A stretch of DNA of 32,241 nt from Octopus bimaculoides (lineage: Eukaryota), in contig NC_068983.1 of the NCBI RefSeq assembly GCF_001194135.2, positions 162,172,732-162,204,972 of the forward strand, written 5' to 3'. Position numbers and translations under genes: made by a program. Shown in pieces: positions 1-9,678 of this stretch (position 1 is its first letter; each line of letters starts with the position of its first letter). The notes below the pieces were generated by a model. That model did not search any database. It saw only the letters and a list, made by a program, of their open reading frames with translations, and was not told where the DNA came from.

Positions 1-392
1 TGTTCGAACTCTTCTTTCCTGCAATCCAATTTTCCGCTTTTACTTTCAGTAAATAAATGTTTCGCATATTGATAGGGATTGTTCACAAAGCTACGATAGT
101 TCTTTTCTCTCTCCTTTCTTCTGTTCTTCCTTCTTTCTTTCCTCAATAGTTCTCGATGCCTCTTTTTTATCTCTTCATATAGCTGCTTTAGCCCTTCGCT
201 TTCCTCCTCCTTTGCATCCCTCCATCTGGTTCTGAGTTTTCTCTTCTCTTCTCGAATCTTTACAATCCGTCTTTCTCTCCTCGAAGTTCTGCTCTTTGCC
301 GGTGATTCTACCTTCTCTGTTGTTTCCATTCCAAATCTTTTCTCTCCTTCTGGGAAGATTGTATAAGCCAGGTTCTCGACTTTTTGTTCGTC
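1..392 (-). mobile_element. Fragment of an RLE-type non-LTR retrotransposon ORF (HERO-like), region upstream of the RT domain; continues off the left edge
   Basis: Hand translation of the minus strand gives a stop-free frame: QKVENLAYTIFPEGEKRFGMET...SRRERRIVKIREEKRKLRTRWRDAKEEESEGLKQLYEEIKKRHRELLRKERRKNRRKEREKNYRSFVNNPYQYAKHLFTESKSGKLDCRKEEFE. This matches the recalled pre-RT pattern of HERO-clade elements (ERFG ... RRRKER..R..F..NP..F.K.L....SG.L.C..EE). It is missing from the ORF track, presumably because it has no stop inside the window. Confidence 0.75.
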
Positions 393-3300
393 GTGCGTAC
401 GTTCGAGTAAACGAACATGCGTACCTATGTGCGTTCGTTCTTTATCATATATACGTGCGCACGTTCGAACAAACGAACGTACGTACCTACGTGCGTTTGT
501 ACTTTCGCATATATACGTGCGTACGTTCGAACAAATGAACGTATGCACCTACGTGCGTACGTTCGAACACACGAACGTATGCACCTACGTGCGTTCGTTC
601 TTTCGTATATATACGTGCGTACGTTCGAAAAAAAGAACGTACATACCTACGTGCGTTCGTTACTTTGCATATATACGTGCGTTCGTTCGAACAAACGAAC
701 GTACGTACCTACGTGCGTTCCTTCTTTCGCATATATACTTGCGTACGTACGTTCGAACAAACGAACGTACGTACCTACGTGCATTCGTTTTTCCTCATAT
801 ATATATACGTCCGTACGTTCGAACAAACGAACGTACGTAACTACGTGCGTTCGTTCTTTCGTATATATACGTGTATACGTTCGAACACTCGAACGAACAT
901 ACATACGTGCGTTCGTTCATTCGAATATATACGAGCGTACGCACCTTCGAACAAAAGAATGTACGTAGCAACGTGCGTTCGTTCTTTCTAATATACACGT
1001 TCGTTCGTTCAAATAAACGAACGTACGTACCTACGTGCGTTCGTTCCTTCGCATATATACGTGCGTTCGTTCGAACAAACGAACGTACGTGCCTACCTGC
1101 GTTCCTTCTTTCGCATATATACGTGCATACATTTGAACAATCGAACGTACTTACCTACGATCTGACGTTCTTTCGCATATATAAGTGCGTAGGTTCGAAG
1201 AAACGAACTTACGTACCTTCGTGCGTTCTTTCTTTCGATATATACGTGCGTACATTCGAACAAACGAACGTACGTACCTGCGTGCGTTCGTTCTTTCGCA
1301 TATATACGTGCGTTCGTTCGCACAAACGAACCTACGTACCTACGTGCGTTCGTTCTTTCGCATATATACGTGCGTACATTCGAACAAACGAACGTACATA
1401 CCTACTTGCGTTCGTTCTTTCGCATATATACGTGCGTTCGTACGTTCGAACAAACGAACGTACGTACTTACGTGCGTTCGTTCTTTCGCATATATACTTG
1501 CGTACGTCCGTTCGAACAAACGAACGTACGTACCTACGTGCGTTCGTATTTTCGCATATATACGTGCGTAAGTTCGAACAAACGAAAGACCGCACCTACG
1601 TGCGTTCGTTCTTTTGCATATATACGTGCGTACGTTCGAACAAACGAACGTACGTACCTACGTGCGTTCGTTCGTTCGCATATATACGCGCGTACGTTCG
1701 AACAGACGAGCGTACGTACCTACGTGCGTTCGCTCTTTAGCATTTATACGTGCGTACGTTTGAACAAACGAACGTACCTACCTACGTGCGTTCGTTCTTT
1801 CGCACATATATGCGCGTACTTTCGAACAAAACGAACGTACGTACTTACGTGCGTTCGTTCTTTCGCATATATACGTGCGTTCGTTCGAACAAACGAACGT
1901 ACGTACCTTCATGCGTTCGTTCTTTCGCAAATATACGCGCGTACATTCGAACAAACGAACGTACCTACATACTTGCGTTCGTTCTTTTGCACATATACGC
2001 GCGTACTTTCGAGCAAAACAACGTACATATTTACGTGCGTTCGTTCTTTCGCATGTATACGTGCGTTCGTTCGAAAATACGAACTTACGTACCTTCGTGC
2101 GTTCGTTCTTTCGCATATATACGCGCATACGTTCGAACAAACGAACGTACGTACCTACGTGCGTTCTTTCTTTCGCACATATACGCGCGTACTTTCGCAA
2201 AAAACGAACGTACGTACCTACGTGCGTTCGTTCTTTCGCACATATACGCGCGTACTTTCGAACAAAACGAACGTACGTACCTATGTTCATTCGTTCTTTC
2301 GCATGTATACGTGCGCTCGTTCGAACAAACGAACGTACGTACCTTCGTGTGGTCGTTCTTTCGCATATATACGCGCGTTCGTTCGAACAAACGAACGTAC
2401 GTACCTACGTGCGTTCGTTCTTTCGCACATATACTCGCGTACTTTCGAAGAAAACGAACGTACGTACTTAAGTTCGTTCTTTCGCATGTATATGCGCGTT
2501 CGTTCGAACAAACGAACGTACGTACCTATGTGCGTTCGTTCTTTCGCACATATACTCGCGTACTTTCGAAGAAAACGAACGTACGTACTTACGCTCGTTC
2601 TTTCGCATACATACGCGCGTACGTTCGAACAGACGAAAGTACGTACCTACGTGCGTTCGTTCTTTCGCACACATACGCGCGTACTTTCCAACAAAACGAA
2701 CGTACGTACTTATGTTCGTTCGTTCTTTCGCATGTATACGTGCGTTCGTTCGAACAAACGAACGTACGTACCCTCGTGTGGTCGTTCTTTGGCATATATA
2801 CGCGCGTACGTTCGAATAGACGAACGTACGTACCTACGTGCGTTCGTTCTTTCGTACGCATACGCGCGTACTTTCGAACAAAACGAACGTACGTACATAC
2901 GTGCGTTCGATCTTTCGCATTCATACGCGCGTACGTTTGAACAGACGGACGAACGCACGTACCTATGTTCTTTCGTTCTTTCGCATGTATACATGCGTTC
3001 GTTCGAACAAACGAACGTACGTACCTTCGGGTGGTCGTTCTTTCGCATATATACGCGCGTTCGGTCGAACAAACGAACGTACGTACCTACGTGCGTTCGC
3101 TCTTTCGCACATATACGCGCGTACTTTCGAACAAACGAACGTACCTACCTATTTGCGTTCGTTTTTAGCACATATACGCGCGTACTTTCGAGCAAAACAA
3201 CGTACATATTTACGTGTGTTCGTTCTTACGCAATTATACGTGCGTTCGTTCGAAAAAACGNNNNNNNNNNGTACGCATCTACGTGCGTTCGTTCGAACAA

Positions 3301-3407
3301 ACGAACGTACGTACGTACGTGCGTTCGTTCTTTCGCACAGATACGCGCGTACTTTCGAACAAAACGAACGTACGTACCTACGTGCGTTCGTTCTTTCGCA
3401 TATATAC
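387..3407 (+). repeat. ~62-bp satellite array, forward block 1
   Basis: Tandem monomers approximating TACGTGCGTTCGTTCTTTCGCATATATACGTGCGTACGTTCGAACAAACGAACGTACGTACC; period 62 seen e.g. at 1621 and 1683. N gap at 3261-3270. Confidence 0.97.
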
Positions 3408-4410
3408 AGAAAGGACGAACGCACGTTGCTACGTACGTTCTTTTGTTCGAACGTGCAACGCTCATATATATGCTAATGAACGAACGCCCGTAGTAATTTT
3501 CGTTCGATTGTTCGAACGTATACACGTGTATACACGACAGAACGAACGCACGCAGGTGCATACGTTTGTTTGTTCGAATGTACGCACGTATATATGTGGA
3601 AGAACGAACGCACGTTGTTACGTACGTTAGTTTGTTCGAACGTACGAACGCACGTATATATGCGAAAGAACGATCGCACGTAGGTACGTACGTTCGTTTG
3701 TTCGAACGTACGCACGTATATATGAGAAAAACCGAACGCACGTAGTTACGTACGTTCGTTTGTTTGAACGAACGCACGTATATATGCGAAGTAACGAACG
3801 CACGTAGGTACGTACGTTCGTTTGTTTGAACGAACGCACGTATATATGCGAAGGAACGAACGCACGTAGGTACGTACGTTCGTTTGTTCGAACGTCCGTA
3901 CGCAAGCATATATGCGAAAGAAGGAACGCACGTAGGTACGTACGTTCTTTTGTTCGAACGTGCGTACGTACGTATATATACGAAAGAACGAACGCACGTA
4001 GGTACGTACGTTCGTTTGTTCGAACGAACGCACGAGGGTACGTACGTTCGTTTGTTCGAACGTACGCACATATATATACGAAAGAACGAGCGAACGTAGG
4101 TGCATACGTTCGTTTGTTCGAACGTACGCACGTAGGTGCATACGTTCATTTGTTCGAACGTACGCACGTATATATGCGAACGAACAAACGCACGTAGGTA
4201 CGTACGTTCGTTTTTTCGAACGTGCTCACGTATATNNNNNNNNNNTACGCGCGTATATATGCGAAAGAACGAACGCACGAAGGTACGTACGTTCGTTTGT
4301 TCGAAGGAACGCACGTATATATGAGAAAAGAACGAATGTACGTAGGTACTGTCTTTCGTTTGTTCGAACGTACGCACGTATATATGCGAAAGAATGAACG
4401 CACGTAGGTA
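3408..4410 (-). repeat. ~62-bp satellite array, inverted block
   Basis: Monomers read as the reverse complement (GGTACGTACGTTCGTTTGTTCGAACGTACGCACGTATATATGCGAAAGAACGAACGCACGTA). N gap at 4236-4245. Confidence 0.95.
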
Positions 4411-4667
4411 CGTCCATTGCTCTTGTCTTAACGTACGCCCGTTCTGCCGAAGAGCTACGGAGCTTCGTCCGTTGCTCGTCTTAACGTACGCCCGTTCTAC
4501 CAAAGAGCTACGGAGCTTCGTCCGTTGCTCTTGTCTTAACGTACGCCCGTTCTGCCGAAGAGATACGGAGCTTCGTCCGTTGCTCTTGTCTTAACGTACG
4601 CCCGTTCTGCCGAAGAGCTACGGAGCTTCGTCCGTTGCTCTTGTCTTAACGTACGCCCGTTCCGCCG
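4411..4667. repeat. 55-bp minisatellite, ~4.7 copies
   Basis: Unit CGTCCGTTGCTCTTGTCTTAACGTACGCCCGTTCTGCCGAAGAGCTACGGAGCTT; the GTTC(T/C) register recurs at 4441, 4494, 4549, 4604 and 4659. Confidence 0.95.
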
Positions 4668-6692
4668 TGAGTTCGTCCTTTCGCATATATACTTGCATAC
4701 GTACGTTCGAACAAACGAAAGACCGTACATACGTGCGTTCTTTTCTTCGCATATATACGTGCGTACGTTCCAACAGACGAACGTACGTACCTACGTNNNN
4801 NNNNNNNNNNNNNNNNNNNCCTGTCTTAACGTTCGCCCGTTCTGCCGAAGAGCTACGGAGCTTCTTCCGTTGCTCTTGTCTTAACGTACGCCCGTTCTGC
4901 CGAAGAGCTACGGAGCTTCGTCCGTTGCTCTTGTCTTAACGTACGCCCGTTCCGCCGTGAGTTCGTCCTTTCGCATATATACTTGCATACGTACGTTCGA
5001 ACAAACGAAAGACCGTACATACGTGCGTTCTTTTCTTCGCATATATACGTGCGTACGTTCCAACAGACGAACGTACGTACCTACGTGCGTTCGTTCTTTC
5101 GAATATATACTTGCGTACGTACGTTCGAACAAACGAACATACGTACCTACGTGATTTTGTTCTTTCGCATATATACGTGCGTACGTTCGAACAGACGGAC
5201 GAACGTAGGTATCTACGTGCATTTGTTCTTTCGTGTATATACCTGCGTACGTTTGAACAAACGAACGTACGTACCTACTTGCGTTCGTTGTTTCGCATAT
5301 ATACTTGCGTACGTTCGTTCGGACAAACGAACGTACGTACGCCCCTACGTGCGTTCGTTCTTTCGCATGTATACGTGCGTACGTTCGAAGAAACGAAAGT
5401 CCATACCTACGTGCGTTTGTTTTTTCGCATATATACGTGCGTACATTCGAACAAACGAACGTACGTCCATACGTACGTTCGTTCTCTCTCGTATATACGT
5501 GCGTACGCACGTTCGAACGAACGAACGTACATACCTTCTTGCGTTCGTTTTTTTCGCATATATACGTGCGTACGATCGAATAAACGAACGTACGTACATA
5601 CGTGCGTACGTTCTTTCGCATATATACATGCGTACGTTCGAACAAACGAAAGTCCGCACCTACGTGCGTTCGTCCTTTCGCATATATATGTGCGTACGTT
5701 CGAACAAACGAACGTACGTACCTACGTACATTCGTTCCTTCGCATATATACGTCCGTTCGTTCGAACAAACGAACGTACGCACCTTCATGCGTTCGTTCT
5801 TTCGCATATATACGCGCGTACGTTCGAACAGACGGACGAACGTACGTACCTACGTGCGTTTGTTCTTTCTCATATATACGTGTGTACGTTCGAACAAACG
5901 AATGTACTTACCTACGTGCCTTTGTTCTTTCGCATATATACGTCAGTACGTTCGAACAAACGAACGTACGTACATTCGTGCGTTCCTTCCTTCGCATATA
6001 TACGTGCGTACGTTTGAACAAACGAACGTACGTCCACGTGCGTTCGTTCCTTCGCATATATACGTGCGTACGTTCGAACAAACGAACGTACTTACCTACG
6101 TACGTTCTTTCTCTCGCATACATACGTGCGTAGGCACGTTCGAACAAAAGAACGTAGGTACCTACGTGCGTTTGGTCCTTCGCATATATACGTGCGTATG
6201 CACGTTCGAGCGAACGAAATTACGTACCTACTTGCGTTCGTTCTTTCTCATATATACGCTTGTACTTTCGAACAAACGAACGTACTTACCTACGTACGTT
6301 TGTTCTTTCGCATCTATACGTCCGTACGTTCGAACAAACGAAAGTCCACACCTACGTGCGTTCGTTCTTTCGCATATATACGTGAGTTCGTATGTTCGAA
6401 CAAACGAACGTACGTACCTACGTGCGTTCGTTCTTTCGCATATATACGCGCGTACGTTCGAACAGATGGACGAACGTACGTACCTACGTGCGTTCGTTCT
6501 TTCTCATATATACGTGTGTACGTTCGAACAAACGAATGTACTTACCTACGTGCGTTTGTTCTTTCGGATATATACGACCGTACGTTCGAACAAACGTTAG
6601 TCCACACCTACGTGCGTTCGTTCTTTCGCATATATACGTGCGTACGTACGTTCGAACAAACGAACGTACCTACCTACGTGCGTTCATTCCTT
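4667..6692 (+). repeat. ~62-bp satellite array, forward block 2 (interrupted by the gap and 55-bp units at 4797-4957)
   Basis: Same monomer as block 1; ends at ...CCTACGTGCGTTCATTCCTTT near 6692. Confidence 0.95.
4820..4957. repeat. 55-bp minisatellite, second block (~2.5 copies; may be a false duplication across the gap)
   Basis: Same unit as 4411-4667. It follows the N gap at 4797-4819 and is followed by sequence identical to 4667-4796. Confidence 0.8.
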
Positions 6693-6817
6693 TTTGCAGC
6701 TGAGGAGTACATTTTCATTGTTCATTCTATGTAGTGTTCTCACTACATGAATGAATGGAGCTTTTACGAAACTTACGTACTGCTATTACCTATTGAATTT
6801 TTGTTGCTTTTCTGAAA

Positions 6818-6922
6818 ATATATATATATATATGGACGTATATATATATATATATATNNNNNNNNNNCACACATATATATATGTATATATATACATGCAT
6901 ATATATATGTATACACACACAC

Positions 6923-6958
<36 letters not shown>

Positions 6959-6972
6959 TGTATGTATGTATG
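6818..6972. repeat. Compound (TA)n/(CA)n/(TATG)n microsatellite with N gap
   Basis: Direct reading; gap at 6858-6867. Confidence 0.95.
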
Positions 6973-7059
6973 GGCTATTTTGGTATTGAATGCGACTGAT
7001 TACGTGACGTTAGTGATTTTCATCATCATATCATCATCAGCATCATCGTCATCCAAATC

Positions 7060-7250
7060 GTGAGAGCATTGGTAAAAGTGCTTGATGGCAGCATTCATTT
7101 CGGCGCTTTTCGTTTTGGGCTCGAGTCACTCTGAGTTCAGTTTTTACCTTTCATTCCTCCGAGATCGATGACATAAAATACCGATCAATAGCTGGAGTCG
7201 ACTTAATCGACAAATACCTTTCCCTGTTGGCCTTCTGCCAAATATTGTAT
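7060..7250 (+). mobile_element. Highly degraded SINE, family A of this window
   Basis: Remnant motifs TTTACCTTTCATTCCTCCGAGATCGAT...AAAATACC...GGAGTCGACTTAATCGAC...TGGCCTT align by eye with the copy at 11643-11857. Confidence 0.6.
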
Positions 7251-7261
7251 TATAATTTTCA

Positions 7262-7407
7262 CTCATAATTTTTTTGTTTTCTTAAACATAAGAAACCAAA
7301 TATATGACACCCTAGGCATAACACCAACATGAACTTCTAACATGTTGTCTCTTGAGCTCTCTGGGTGAGACGTGAAGCCAACTAGTATAAATACAAAGCA
7401 AATTTTT

Positions 7408-7454
<47 letters not shown>

Positions 7455-7476
7455 TATAATAATAATAATAATAATA
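7262..7476 (+). mobile_element. Probable 3' UTR remnant of an R4/Dong-type LINE with (AAT)n tail
   Basis: CCCTAGGCATAACACCAACATGAACTT...CTCTGGGTGAGAC...TACAAAGCAAA is followed directly by ~65 bp of (AAT)n (7410-7476). It resembles the recalled 3' end of octopus R4/Dong-like elements. No coding sequence remains to confirm this. Confidence 0.4.
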
Positions 7477-8019
7477 AATGATCTGATACACTACTAGGCA
7501 CTGGCTCGCATGGCTTCTGATCTTAACTGATTGGAAGTGTTATCATGTACATTATCTTGTCTTGGTATAAAAGATGGGCTACAGCAAATATTCTGCTCCC
7601 ATACCAAAGATTTGCTTGTCATTTGTTTGACCTTAACCAGTTGAGCATGCCCCTTGGTGGCTGACGATATGTGCATCTCTGATCACTGGCAGAAGTTGTG
7701 GGGGAGCATCATAGCCATGTTTGGGGTTTGAAAAAATCACGTCAAGAAACATGGGTGTTTCGCTCAATATCTTTAAACAATCCTTATTCAGGGACCTTTT
7801 GAGCGGGATGGGCTACTCGATCTGAAGAAAATTCTAACTTGGTCCCACCTGCAAGGTCATGCGCAGTTTATCTTGATATGAGATCACCATGTCGTGCACA
7901 TATGGTGGTGATACATGTACCTGGTGTGCCCTTATGTGACGGGTAGTCATGATTAGTATACTGGGCTTCGTATATTTTACCCCAGTGTCACTTTGATGGC
8001 TTGCACTGCTCTCTCACTC
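7477..8019. mobile_element. Unclassified ~540-bp interspersed-repeat-like element embedded in (AAT)n
   Basis: A GC-richer complex segment with sharp boundaries against (AAT)n on both sides (7410-7476 and 8020-8045). It resembles a recalled high-copy octopus repeat. No credible ORF. Confidence 0.55.
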
Positions 8020-8045
8020 AATAATAATAATAATAATAGTAATAA

Positions 8046-8257
8046 CCTTTTCTACTGTAGGCACAAGGCCTGAAATTTGGGGGAAGGAGTAAGTCGATCA
8101 CATCGACGCCAGTACTTGACTGGTTTTTAATTTATCGATCCAGAAAGGATGAAAAGCAAAGTCGACCTCGGCGGAATTTGAACTCAGAATGTATCGACAG
8201 ACGAAATACCACTAAGCATTTCGTACGGCGTGCTCACGATTCTGCCAGCTCACCGCC
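8046..8257 (-). mobile_element. SINE family A, near full length
   Basis: The reverse complement begins GGCGGTGAGCTGGCAGAATCGTGAGCACGCCG, with B-box-like TTCTGAGTTCAAATTCC and core GCCGAGGTCGACTTTGCTTTTCATCCTTTC. (AAT)n lies on both sides. Confidence 0.9.
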
Positions 8258-8258
8258 T

Positions 8259-8341
8259 TAATAATAATAACAATTATAATAATAATAGTAATAATAATAA
8301 TAATAATAATAGTAATAATAATAATAATGATGATGATGATG
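8259..8341. repeat. (AAT)n grading into (GAT)n microsatellite
   Basis: Direct reading. Confidence 0.95.
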
Positions 8342-8455
8342 AAGCTGTCCTTTAGTAGTGTGTGTATAGCTAACACAAGAAGAACAACAACAACTGTTAG
8401 CAGTAGTACAAACAAACATGGTTATCAACGATATAAAGAGTGTAAAATAAATAAA

Positions 8456-8461
8456 GAAGGA

Positions 8462-8551
<90 letters not shown>
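8456..8551. repeat. (GAAA)n microsatellite
   Basis: Direct reading. Confidence 0.97.
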
Positions 8552-8552
<1 letters not shown>

Positions 8553-9483
8553 GCCGCGAAGTAAATTAAGGAAACTAAAATCAAAGTATAAAGATATTAA
8601 GTGAAGACTAAAAAAGATGTTTGAATGTAAAATGTTTGTGAAAATATTTGTATCGAAGAAGTGGGCGTTCTGTTGCCGTCTGTCTGTGTGTCCTTGTTTA
8701 TAACTGATGGTCTGTTTGGTTGGTTTAATATCGGAAAATTCCCGAGAAAAACTTTCAGAATAACAAAAATAAAAACAACAAAACAATAACAACGTGATAA
8801 ACTTGTTCGTCTATTTTATAGGTCTTCATTTTACGTTTTATTTCCTTTTTATTTGTTGTTTATTTTTTAAATATTAAATATCAACTTCGTCACTTTTTCA
8901 TTTCTCGAACTTTTTACATATTTTTATTGTTTTGTTTATCTTCTATTCGCACCCCACCCCCGTGTTTCTGTTACTGATTTCATTCTTAAAGATTGGGCTA
9001 CAAATTTCTCAAGTTAAGATGGTGTAAGATTCGTGTCCGACAGTTGAGAATCAGAACTGATTCACAGAACTTTCTGCGAGGATTATTCAATGTTCTATCA
9101 TCAATGGGTTTTTGACTAAACTGATTGATGATAAACAAATCCCCAACAAACCCCCCAAGAAGTGTTTTACAGAGACGGCACACAAGCCCGATAAGCGATA
9201 CGACGATGAATTATTCTAATTTTGGCAGGGCTTTAACAACCAACAACTACAGCCCTCTGCAGCAGCCACGTTATTTATTTATCGTTGAAAGTTGAATAAT
9301 TCAGCGTCAAGCAGACAGAAGCTTTGTCCAGATTCGAACCATCTCTCTCAGATTTCTAGTTGAGAACCACGGCCTAGACTATATTGCCATAAAGCACTTG
9401 ACCAGCTCTTTGAATTTAACTACACCGCCATAAAAAACACGAACGCCTACGTAAATGTTTATCGATCAATAAGTATCGGTAGT

Positions 9484-9678
9484 AAAGCGGCTAGCTGCCA
9501 GAGTCATTACCGCGTCGGACAAAATGCTTAGCAGCATTTCTTCCGACATTACGTTCTGAGTTCAAATGCCGCCCAGGTCGACTTTGCCTATCATCCTTTC
9601 GGGGTCGATAAGTTAAGAACCATTTGAGCAGTGGGATCAATGTAATCGACTTACTGCCTCTATCGAAATTGCTGGCCT
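9484..9678 (+). mobile_element. SINE family A
   Basis: GCGGCTAGCTGCCAGAGTC...AAAATGCTTAGCAGCATTTC...TTACGTTCTGAGTTCAAATGCCGCCCAGGTCGACTTTGCCTATCATCCTTTCGGGGTCGATAA...GAAATTGCTGGCC. Confidence 0.9.

Noticed and set aside
4667-5086. Exact ~290-bp duplication (4667-4796 equals 4957-5086, with preceding 55-mers)
   Set aside because: The two copies flank a 23-N gap and are identical, so unmerged overlapping contig ends are the simplest explanation. It needs long reads before being treated as real.
387-6692. CRISPR array (palindromic repeats at regular spacing)
   Set aside because: There are no unique spacers; the whole monomer is repeated, the context is eukaryotic, and no cas genes are present.
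417-6734. Long ORFs (up to 707 aa) in the satellite, e.g. 1370-3493
   Set aside because: The forward monomer contains no TAA, TAG or TGA, so every frame stays open. Because 62 is not a multiple of 3, translation cycles through the same YVRSFFRIY/TNERTYLRAF/SNKRTYVPTC motifs. Indels switch frames freely, so there is no sign of coding constraint.
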